In this document: piece by piece, positions 53,834-64,000 of the stretch | Layout: each line of letters opens with the position of its first letter | Position numbering within the stretch: position 1 is the first letter of the stretch | DNA from: Octopus vulgaris | Taxonomy: Eukaryota | Direction of reading: 5' to 3' | NCBI GenBank assembly: GCA_951406725.2 | Contig: OX597836.1 | Span: forward strand, 32,488,001-32,552,000 | Length of the DNA: 64,000 nucleotides | Notes under the pieces: generated by a model | Seen by the model: the letters and a program-made list of their open reading frames with translations, nothing else | The model's database searches: none | Told to the model about the DNA's origin: nothing | Program-made: the position numbers and the translations under genes

Positions 53834-55286
53834 TCATCATTGGTGTTTAATGTTCACTTTCCATGCTGGCATGAGTTGGACAGTTTGACTGCGGGCTGGT
53901 GACCAGAAGGCTGCACCAGGCTCCAATCTGATCTGGCAAAGTTTCTACAGCTGGATGCCCTTCCTAACACCATATATATATATATATATATATGTACATA
54001 CAAACACTCATATATATATACATACACACACAAACACTCATATATATATATATACATACATATACACACACATATATATACACACTCACACACACGTGTG
54101 TACGAGCGTGCGTGTATATGGGTATCAGTATTTGATAACACACACACACAAAAAAAAAGAAACAACATTGCATTGAATGTTAATATCCTTATGTCTGTTA
54201 AAACCCCTTCAGTTACTTTCATGATAATTTTTTATCACTTACATGAAATGTCATTGTTTTGTCTGACGATCACACCTGAAAATGTCGTTTTCTGCCGATA
54301 ACAGTTTGACATTTTTTAAAAATCACCTTCGAAATTGTTGATATTAGAGAAATGTAATTCATCAGATGTACTTTAAAGAAATATTTCTTATGTTAATATT
54401 TCACTCTTCACAATTCATTTTCTCTATTTTATTATTAGATTTGTATCAAACATCAAATTCAATTACTCACCTGTAAAGCAGCCATCACAATTTATTAAAA
54501 TTATTTATTAATTTCTCTACTCAGGCGACAAAGAAACAGAATTGTTAGCACACCACACAGAATACTTTGTCGTGTTTACTGCTGAGGTTGACTTTATCTT
54601 TCATCCATTCAGGGTCGATAAAATAAGTACCAGTTGATTACTGTGGTTCATGTAATCAACTTGTCCACTGCCTTGAAATTGCCGGCATTGTGTCAAAATT
54701 TGAAACCATTATTATTGTTGTTGTTGAGTGAGAGAGCAATGCATGTCATCAAAGTGACACTGGGGTACAATTATTCAAAGCCCAATATACACATCACGAC
54801 TACCCGTCAGATAAGGGTATACTATGTACATGCATCACAACCATATGTGCATGACATGGTGATCTCATATCAAGATAAGCAGAATTTTCTTAGGTCAAGA
54901 AGCCCATCCTGCTCAAAAGGTCCCTGATTAAGGTTTGTTTAAGGATGACGAACAAAACACCCATGTTTCCAGAGGTGAATTATTGAAACTCCAAAGAATT
55001 CTTCTCAACACTTCTCAATTACTTCTGCTCATGATCAGATATACACATATCGTCAGCCACTAAGAGATATGCTCAACTGAAAAGCAAATCTGTGGTATTG
55101 GGCAGAATATTTGCTGTAGCCCATCTTTTATACCAAGAGAAAATGTGTACATGATGATGCTTTCAAGCAGTTAAAATCAAAAGCCATGAGAGCCTCTGCC
55201 TGCTACTGCATCCAGGCATTGCCACTGCCTGTTACTTTATCAGGCCATAGCCGCTACCTGGTACTGCATATTATTATTTTTATTGC

Positions 55287-55319
<33 letters not shown>

Positions 55320-55323
<4 letters not shown>

Positions 55324-55530
55324 TAGTTTTATTTTTATAATGTGCTTTCACTTCACTATCGAGCGCAGCTTTGTGTGCCTTGGGTATGTGCTGTGGTTTG
55401 GTTTGATGCTCTTATGGTTACTGTAATGAAAGTGTTTTGCGTTGGATGTGTGCAGTGCCAAGTAGTACGATTTTCTGTATGTTGGATATATTTGTAAGTC
55501 CTGGTATTTTTGTTATGTATTTGTTCAGGT
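55320..55530 (-). mobile_element. RLE-type LINE 3' end
   Basis: Minus strand encodes IQKIVLLGTAHI.RKTLS, followed by a 3' UTR and (TAA)n tail. Similar fragments at about 25500-25740 and 4780-4890. Confidence 0.65.
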
Positions 55531-56261
55531 ACCATTTAGTTTTCATCAGTCCTAACCAAAACTTTTGTAACATTCTTAAAAAATTCATTTTATAATCTAT
55601 ATAATTCTGCTATGATCTGTACATGTAGTGCTTTGACAGCCTTGAAGACAATCTATTATGCACATAACATATTATTCATAAGCAATAGCTATGTCAGCAT
55701 GAAAAAGCAGACATAAAATGAAAATGATATGGAACAAAATCAAAGACAGAATCTATTACAGATAGAATATTTATGAGACAAATACATATTCTAAATTATG
55801 ATATATATATATATATATATGTATGTATATAGGTACAGGCATGGCTATGTGGTAAGAAGTGGTGAGTTGACTGAATCGTTAGCATGCTGGGCGAAATGCT
55901 TAGCGGTATTTCTTCTGCCGTTACGTTCTGAGTTCAAATTCTGCCGAGGTTGACTTTGCCTTTCATCCTTTCAGGGTCGATAAATTAAGTACCAGTTTTG
56001 CACTGGGGTCGATGTAATCAACTTAATCCCTTTGTCTGACCTTGTTTGTCCCCTCTATGTTTAGCCCCTTGTGGGCAATTAAGAAATAAGTAGCTTGCTT
56101 CGCTTCTCAACGACATGGTTTCAGGTTCCGGTTCCACTGCATGGCACCTTTGGCAAGTGTCTTCTACTATAGCCTCAGGCTGACCAAAGCCTTGAGAGTG
56201 GATTTAGTAGACGGAAAACTGAAAGAAGCCTGTCATGTATATATGTATGTATATGTGTGTG

Positions 56262-56337
<76 letters not shown>

Positions 56338-56628
56338 TATATATATATATGTATGTTTGTGTGTCTTGTGTTTGTCACCCCACCATCGCTTCACAACCAA
56401 CGTTGATGTGTTTATATCCCCATAACTTAGTGGTTCAGCAAGATCAATAGAATAAGTACTAGGCTTACAAAGAATAAGTCCTTGGGTCAATTTCTTCAAC
56501 TAAAGGTGGTGCTCCAGCATGGCTACAATCAAATGACTAAATCAAGTAAAAGAATGTGTAACATATGGTACAATTATAAACAGGGCAAATTTTAACCATT
56601 TCTCAGCAGACAGAAAAAATTATGAACA

Positions 56629-56671
56629 ACCTTAATCGATTTTCGAGCCTTATTGAGTTCTCATCAGAGGT
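56629..56671 (-). ncRNA. Minimal type-I hammerhead ribozyme motif
   Basis: Minus strand: ACCT CTGATGA GAACT CAATAA GGCTC GAAA ATCGAT TA AGGT. Canonical core, 4-bp stem I, stem II with one mismatch, palindromic stem III AATCGATT, UUA triplet. Confidence 0.65.
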
Positions 56672-56931
56672 GTCTACATCATTCTGACAGTCTCCAGACA
56701 AACAGATAATTTTGCTTATTTCAGTCATTTGACTGCAGCCCCCTTAAAGAGATTTTAAGTCAAATAAATCAACCCCAGGACTTATATTTTTTTAAAGCCT
56801 TTTACCTATTCTATTGGTCTCTTTTTGCTGAACTGCTAGATTACAGGGATTTAAGCACACCAATACTGGTTGTCAAGCAGTAATGGTGGGGAACAAACAT
56901 AGACACAAAGACACACACACATGGATATAAA

Positions 56932-56968
<37 letters not shown>

Positions 56969-56970
<2 letters not shown>

Positions 56971-57418
56971 TGATCAAAATAAAATAAAAACATGATGCGA
57001 AGGACTCAGCGGTACATATGTTTCGGGCCTTTATTAGACAGATTTATAACAAAGCATAATGTATGTCTGTGGCCTTCTTCAGCCGCGCACAACAGCTTCC
57101 ACAAGGACATGTGTTACATCAAAAATTCTTGGTTGGGGATGCAAATCCTCTCGTTCACGTACGACATAATGCGAGAGAAGAAAGAGATGGACGCTTCAAT
57201 TCTATGCTGCTGCCGCATTATGTCGTACGTGAACGAGAGGATTTGCATCCCCAACCAAGAATTTTTGATGTAACACATGTCCTTGTGGAAGCTGTTGTGC
57301 GCGGCTGAAGAAGGCCACAGACATACATTATGCTTTGTTATAAATCTGTCTAATAAAGGCCCGAAACATATGTACCGCTGAGTCCTTCGCATCATGTTTT
57401 TATTTTATTTTGATCAAT
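56969..57418. repeat. Perfect 205-bp inverted repeat with 40-bp spacer (Penelope-like inverted terminus) in a (TA)n tract
   Basis: 56969-57173 is the reverse complement of 57214-57418. The ORF track shows identical N-terminal peptides on both strands (56992+ and 57395-). A unique ~70-bp tail follows before (TA)n resumes. Confidence 0.95.
57301..57378 (+). ncRNA. Type-I hammerhead ribozyme motif (mirror copy on minus strand at 57009-57086)
   Basis: GCGG CTGAAGA AGGCC ACAGA...TCTGT...GGCCC GAAAC ATAT GTA CCGC. Stem I GCGG/CCGC, intact core, palindromic stem III ACATATGT, predicted cleavage after 57374. Confidence 0.75.
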
Positions 57419-57490
57419 TTACTCCACCACCTACACCACCAAACGGTATACACAGGTGCTTATAATTATCAAGTACTCACCCCGAATTTC

Positions 57491-57531
<41 letters not shown>

Positions 57532-58151
57532 TATATCAATTCCAGTGCCACCTGACTGGCTCTCATGCCGGTGGCACATAAAAGCACCCAGTACACTCTC
57601 AGAGTAGTTCATGTTAGGAAGGGCATCCAACTGTAGAAACCTTGCCAGATCAGACTGGAGCCTGGTGCAGCCTCCAAGCTTGCCAGTTCTCTGTCCAACC
57701 CATGCCAGCCTGGAAAGTGGACATTAAACAATGATGATGATGATGATGGGCTTCTTTCAGTTTCCATCTCCTACTTCCACTTACCATGCTTTGGTTGGCC
57801 CAAGATACTTGTCCAACATACCATGCAGTGGGACTGAACCCAGGACCATGTGGTTGTAAAGCAAACTTGTTAACTACACATATATTTCTAGAGTCTATAC
57901 AGGGATAGTTAAACTTCAGTAGTTCCTGTTAGTATCCACCAAACTAATCAACCTGTCAGTATTTCAACAAAATTCAGCTAATGTTAAAGCAACATAGAAG
58001 CTAATTATTTTTGATGAGCATGTCGAGAGGGCAGAGAGAGACAGAGGGGTGGAGAGTGAGAGAGAGAGAGAGAGTGAGAGGGAGAGACACACTGAAAATT
58101 ATAATAGTTATTAAGATTAATTTTCTTTTGCTGTCATTATTTGAATTTCTA

Positions 58152-58200
<49 letters not shown>

Positions 58201-58244
58201 GGCAGTGATGGTGATGATAGTAGTGGTGGTGGTGGTAGCAGCAA

Positions 58245-58277
<33 letters not shown>

Positions 58278-58292
58278 CAGCAGTAGTAGTAA

Positions 58293-58341
<49 letters not shown>

Positions 58342-58539
58342 TGTTTTTTGTTGTTTTTGTTGTCATTGCTGATTTTCTTTTATTTCCCTATTCTATAAAA
58401 TAAGAACTTTGTTTTCATCCAAAATGGAGATGAACACCATTCCTCCATGTAATTGTCTTGAAAAATTGTTAGGATATTTTTTTTGCCCAGACTTGAACAT
58501 ATATGTGTAGAGTAACCCTGTAAATGTATGTCCATCCAT

Positions 58540-58880
58540 ATTCTCTTCCCACTATTCTTGGGAGGGCCTCTGGGGGTAGAGTCCTCACGTACTTCCTCTG
58601 CAGGGTCCTATCAGAAGCAACCATCACTAGACATTCTGGTTGGATTCCCAAGCATGACCAACAGAGCCTATAGATATTATCCAACCATCTCGTTCTTGGT
58701 CTGCCCCTAGGTCTCCTGTCAGATGGCTTAACTTGAAGAATCCACTGTGTGATTCTTTTGTCTAACATTCTAATCACATGTCCGTAGTACCAGAGCTGTG
58801 ATGTTTGAATGCAGGGAAGCAGTGGCCCAACATGGTCAGGCTTCCTGATCTCTGTGCTATGCATCCTGTCAAGAAACATA
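58540..58880 (-). mobile_element. RTE-clade LINE 3' fragment
   Basis: QLWYYGHVIRMLDKRITQWILQVKPSDRRPRGRPRTRWLDNI is the typical RTE C-terminal motif (W.GH..RM...R..GRP..RW). Confidence 0.8.
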
Positions 58881-58979
58881 ATGCCAGAATCCTTTGAACA
58901 AACTCCATTTCAATTACTTATATTTGCTCTCATACCCTTTCAGTCATTGCCCAATGTTCATGATGATAGATTTTTATAC

Positions 58980-59380
58980 AAGGGTGAATGGAGTGTGGTG
59001 GTATGGGCATGTGTTGAGGATGGATGAGGAGTATGTTCTGAGGTGGGTGCTACAGTTTGGGGTAAATGGACAGCGAAAGCGAGGTAGACTGAGGAAAATG
59101 TGGAGGGGACAGGTGGAGGAGGAGATTGGGAGGGTTGGCTTGAGAAGGGAGGATGTCCAAAACAGAGCAAGATGGCAAGATGGCATGGGGGTAGTTGCTA
59201 TGGCATTGAGGTCGATCCGTTGAGGCCACCACTGTTAACGGGGACACAACCCAGATTCAAGACACTGGATGATGGTGATGATGATGATGATGATGATGAT
59301 GGTGATGGTGATGATGGTGATGATGATGATGGTGATGATGATAATGATGGTGATGGTGATGATGGTGATGATGATGATGA
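58980..59380 (+). mobile_element. Second RTE-clade LINE 3' fragment with (GAT/GGT)n tail
   Basis: WYGHVLRMDEEYVLRWVLQFGVNGQRKRGRLRKMW...EDVQNRARW, then a short 3' UTR and (GAT)n. Confidence 0.8.
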
Positions 59381-60879
59381 TATTAATAAATAAATACAAC
59401 AAATGTTTGAAACACATAGAAAAGGAATAAATAATTGTTTTGTTAGAAAATTCTCTGATTATAAAATGTTGAAGAAAATGGTTATTTTTTCACTGAATAG
59501 CAGCGGTATCTAAGACATGAATTTGCTACTAAGTAAGGAAGCAGTAAAAGAACAACGATTTTTGATAGATCTGTATTAAATGCACTCAAAGAAAAATAGA
59601 GGATGTGCAAGAGAGAATATGAAGTGTTGCCTAATTCTTGACGAGATTCTTCAGACTAGAAACAAAGCCATGTTTCTTCTATACTCTTCTTCTAATGTTC
59701 AAAATTTTATGGAGAAAACTTTGGATAACAAAGCATTCCAGAAGAGAATAATCAATGTATTGAAGATTGCCAGAAGGAGGAAAAGAAAAATAAACTTCTG
59801 GAATTTTTTTGAAGAAAAGCAAAAAAGAAGAAGAAAACAGAAAAACACAGCTAAAGTTTTGTTCAAAGGAAGAAAATAATATTAATTGACAAAAACATCC
59901 AACAAAGAACATTTGAATGAGATAAAATAGAATAACCTAAAGAGAATGTTAGCATGTTTTCTTTTAAATACACGATCATTACTTTTCATATCTTTCTCTC
60001 ACCCTTCTTATCTCTCTCTCCCTCTTTCTCTCTCTCTCTCTCTGGTCTCCCTCCCTCTCTTCCTACTAGATTCAGTGAAGTCTTTTGCAAATTTCGTCCT
60101 TGATGTAGGATTTAAATCCAGTGTGCAAACTCACCAAACATGTCCACCAACTTAACACTTCCCCTGAACTTGCTGGCCTTGTACCAAAATTTGAAACTAT
60201 TATTTATTCACCTTTACACGTGTTTCATTTGCTAATAGGTGTTACAAAATTGTTTGTGTTAGATAAACTTGTACGAAATTTCTTATTAGAAATTCTTCAA
60301 ACAGAGAATCAAATAAATCAAAATGCTATTCAGATCAAGTGACCACATAGAGCTTTCTTCATAGTTTTCAGATCACATAAACATCTGTTCTAGAATTAGA
60401 CAGTTGGAGTGGAACAATAACCGCAAAAGAAATATGTCTTTATCAAGTACACAGTACAGACCTTTTGACTCGTAGACCAGTAGTTTGTTCAGTTAACCAG
60501 CTCCAAATGTACACAAAGAGAATGATAGATTCAAATTAGAGCCATAAGATCAACATGGAACAAATATTGTTGATCACAAGAATATGAACATATTGAATAA
60601 TAGCAATGAAGTTAATGGCAAAAAATTGATATATTTATTTCCGATTCTTGTTGCGTCTTTGTCATAGTGGATCTATAATTGATCATTTCCTGGTGATATT
60701 TCTCTCTTCTCTTAGAATTATTCCATTTATGCATAGTTTTAAGTTCTTTCCACGGTTTTATTGATCTTACTTGTATGTTCTACACAATGGGAATGGTAAT
60801 CCGCTGCCGGCTTGCTTCTCTGCTAATGAGACCGCTTTTGTTGATCTAGACTGTCATATTACCAGATATCTTTCCATAG

Positions 60880-60936
<57 letters not shown>

Positions 60937-61203
60937 ATGATGATGATAATAATAATAATAATTACAGCAAAAAATTCTTCAACCTCAAAAATCTGCTTGA
61001 AGGGATTCTCCATTCATTTTGATGTCCCTCTACAAATCTTCTGAATATAATTGGTGCAGTAATATTGTAAAAATGAATAATTTTGCAGTAATTGATTGTT
61101 ATTGATCTGTCCTTTTTTATTTTTTTTTTTCTGTTTTGGTTACAAATCAGTTTTTCAAAGAACTAAGAAAGTTACAACTTACTATTTCAACTTATTGCTG
61201 CTA

Positions 61204-61379
61204 ATACATTTTTTTTTCAGAGAAAACATGTAATATGTAGCATTTAGTAACAGTGTTATTAGTTCCTACCTTTGAATGAGGCTCCACCTTAAATACATTT
61301 TTTTTCAGAGAAAACATGTAATATGTAGCATTTATAACAGTGTTATTAGTTCCTACCTTTGAGTAAGGCACCACCTTAA
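61204..61379. repeat. ~88-bp direct tandem duplication
   Basis: AATACATTTTTTTTCAGAGAAAACATGTAATATGTAGCATTTA..AACAGTGTTATTAGTTCCTACCTTTGA.T.AGGC.CCACCTTAA twice, with few differences. Confidence 0.9.
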
Positions 61380-61390
61380 AAGATTTAGTC

Positions 61391-61764
61391 CAGGCCTGAC
61401 CAACTCAAATTACATTGTGGGCCACTTAAAACATTGAAAGTTTTTTGAGAGCCGCTTGTATACTTTATGCACTAATGGTCAAATAATCAAATTACAGAAC
61501 CAAGAATTTTTCATATTTTTCGTTTGTTTAAAATTATAAAATTGTAGGCTATTTCTCTATTTACATTTATAAATTTTTAATTTATTTTGAAACAAATGTT
61601 TTACACAAACAATTTAATTTTGAAATTACACACAATAAGGAGGTCATCCATTTCAAGAAAGCATCAAGTGTGCTGCAAGTTAAAAGGTCAGCGGGCCACA
61701 AGATAAGAGGTCTGCAGGCTGCAAGATAAAAGGTCTGTGGGCCGCAAGATAAAAGTCAGCCCTG
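61391..61764. mobile_element. hAT-superfamily MITE
   Basis: TIRs CAGGCCTGAC / GTCAGCCCTG. 8-bp TSD ATTTAGTC / GTTTAGTC. Three ~22-bp subterminal repeats (AAGGTCTGYGGGCCRCAAGATA). Confidence 0.75.
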
Positions 61765-62140
61765 GTTTAGTCACACAACCAAACCTCAGGACTTATCTGC
61801 CTTCAAGTCTGGTACTTATTTTGTTGACTTTTTTTGCCAAATCCATACTAGCGTGGGTGTTAAATGATGATTATGATGATGATGCTCTCTCTATATATAT
61901 GTGTGTGTGTGTGTGTGTGTATTTTTTATCTTTTACTTGTTTTAGTCATTAGAGAACAGCCATCCTGGGGCACTTCCTTGAAGGGTTTAATTGAACAAAT
62001 TGACCCCAGTGCTTATTCTTTTGGTCTTTTTTGACAAACTGCCAAGTTATGAAGACATAAACAAACCAACACCAGTTGTCAAGCAGTGGTGGGGAACAAA
62101 TACACCCACAAATATAAATATATATGTGTGTGTGTATACA

Positions 62141-62198
<58 letters not shown>

Positions 62199-64000
62199 TA
62201 CCGAAAGAGATACTAACAGTTTCATGCTATTAAGATACTTGAATAGGTATATTTATAAAATATGCCATGTATACACACACACACACACACACATAATCAT
62301 AATCATTGTTTAATGTCTGCTTTTCATGCTGGCATGGGTTGAATGGTTTGACTGAGGACTAGCAAGCCAGGAGGCTGCACCAAGCTCTAATCTGATCTGG
62401 CAAGGTTTCTATAGCTGGATGCCCTTCCTAACACCAACCACTCCGAGAGTGTAGTGGGTGCTTTTTATGTACCACCAGCATGAGGGCCAGTCAGGTGGTA
62501 CTGGCATCAATCACGCTCAAATGGTGCTTTTTATTAGCCACCAGCACGGGAGCCAGACAGGTGGTACTGGCTGTCCAGCATAGTCACTCACAAAGCATAA
62601 GTTGGTCCAGGGCTATAGTAGAAGACACTTTGTCAAGATACCACACAGTTGGACTGAACCTGAAACCATGTTTGCAAAGTGACGTTCTTAACCACACAGC
62701 CATGCCTGTACCTAAAGGGAGGTTTGGTGAGCTAGTGTTTAGTGTGTCAAAGGTATTGTAAACATATTTATAATAATCTGATTTTTATTATATAATAGTC
62801 TGCACTTGGTTTTTATTATTTATGTTAGTATTCACATTCGTTATACTCTGTAAAATGGTTGGCATTAGGAAGAGTGTCCAGTCACAGAAACCATGCCAAA
62901 ACAGACATGGAACCTGGTCAGGTCTTCAGTTGGCCAGTTCCTGTAAAACTGTCCAAACTTGTGCTGACATGAAAAATGGATGTCAAATGATGATGATGAT
63001 GATGATGAACTTAATGCTCTGTTTAATTAAAACAAATCTTTTATAATCAATAAATAATTAAGAATTTATCATGTATATGTTGATTGGGTTGATTTACTAT
63101 GTAATTATTCAGATAATTAAGTAAATACTAGTTGAATGGGCCATGGGCCACGTAGTCCATTGTGTCCTTGAGCTAGACTCTTCACATTCCTTCCATCATC
63201 TCAGCTGAAAATATATACTATCATCTGTAGCTGGAGATTGATCCTGTGACAGACTGGCATCCAGTTCAGTAGGTGTGGGGAGCCTTGTACTCCCATTGTA
63301 CAACTCAGAAAAGCTTTGAGCCTGTGGGTCCAAGGTAAAATAAGAAAGGTACTATTCCTTAGAGAGAAAGAAAATTCTTTGAACTTAACTCTATCAAACC
63401 TAGGTTCCTGTGTCTAAACTTTACCCTCCATCTGGGCTCCTGGGCAAAAATTTAAAAAAATAGTTGCATGTACAGCTCAAGGGAAACAATTGCAGGCAAA
63501 ACTAATGAAGAGAATGATAAAAAAATTCAGGAGAATAACAATAATGGGCCTATCTTTCAACTACTGTATTTGTTCATTGCAGGCAAACTAATGGACAGAA
63601 CCACAAAAAAAAAACTATATTCAGGAGAATAACAGTAATAGGCATATCTCTCAACTACTATAATTGTTCACCCAAATCGCTAATTTCTTCGTCTCTTTCA
63701 CCAGTTTGAATGTTTACATCACTCTCATTGTCTGTGTAAGGGTAAACTCTTTGTCCAAAGAATAAATATCATCAGTAATTTCCTCAAGAGTAAAGAGTCT
63801 AGGCCTTGCTTGTTTACCAGACGAAGAGCTGAGTTCATTACATGCTCATTTCATTGCAAAAATATGTTTTTCTTTCCAATTAAAAACAAAAGTAAACAGC
63901 CATGGGGAATGTCATTAACAAATGAGTCGTAAACATACTCTTCTACAGGGCTGCAAAATGATCGTATTTACCTTTGTTACCTTTGCCAAAGAAGGAGGTT

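Noticed and set aside
56992-57395. Two 93-aa ORFs with identical N-termini on opposite strands
   Set aside because: A by-product of the palindrome; no recognisable protein.
59580-59879. 99-aa Lys/Arg-rich ORF
   Set aside because: A-rich, with no splice structure or ferlin motif. It may be a decayed transposon fragment but I cannot assign it.
60080-60125. Minus-strand TCCT..AGGACGAAA resembling a hammerhead 3' half
   Set aside because: No 5' core or stem I.

Overview
AT-rich eukaryotic (metazoan) genomic DNA, very rich in microsatellites and SINEs. The SINE repertoire looks like that of octopus/coleoid cephalopods (inference; not verifiable here). The window lies inside one + strand gene, an otoferlin-like ferlin. 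Six small in-phase exons (4955-52634) encode the linker before C2B and most of the C2B domain. They are separated by introns of up to about 32 kb, and the start and end of the gene lie outside the window. Nearly all ORFs in the supplied track are artefacts of (TA)n/(CA)n/(CAT)n repeats or SINEs. The introns hold many SINE copies, RTE- and RLE-type LINE fragments, a Tc1/mariner relic, hAT- and piggyBac-type MITEs, a tRNA-Cys(GCA) copy and a full-length U2 snRNA copy, both probably pseudogenes. The most notable signal is about ten minimal type-I hammerhead-ribozyme-like motifs with palindromic stem III, from several distinct short elements mostly lodged in or next to microsatellites and typical of Penelope-like element termini. 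One of them lies in a perfect 205-bp inverted repeat (56969-57418), so it is present on both strands. One family shows a repeated A6U core variant. Exon F also begins with AG|GTATGT, a candidate recursive splice site at the end of the 32-kb intron.
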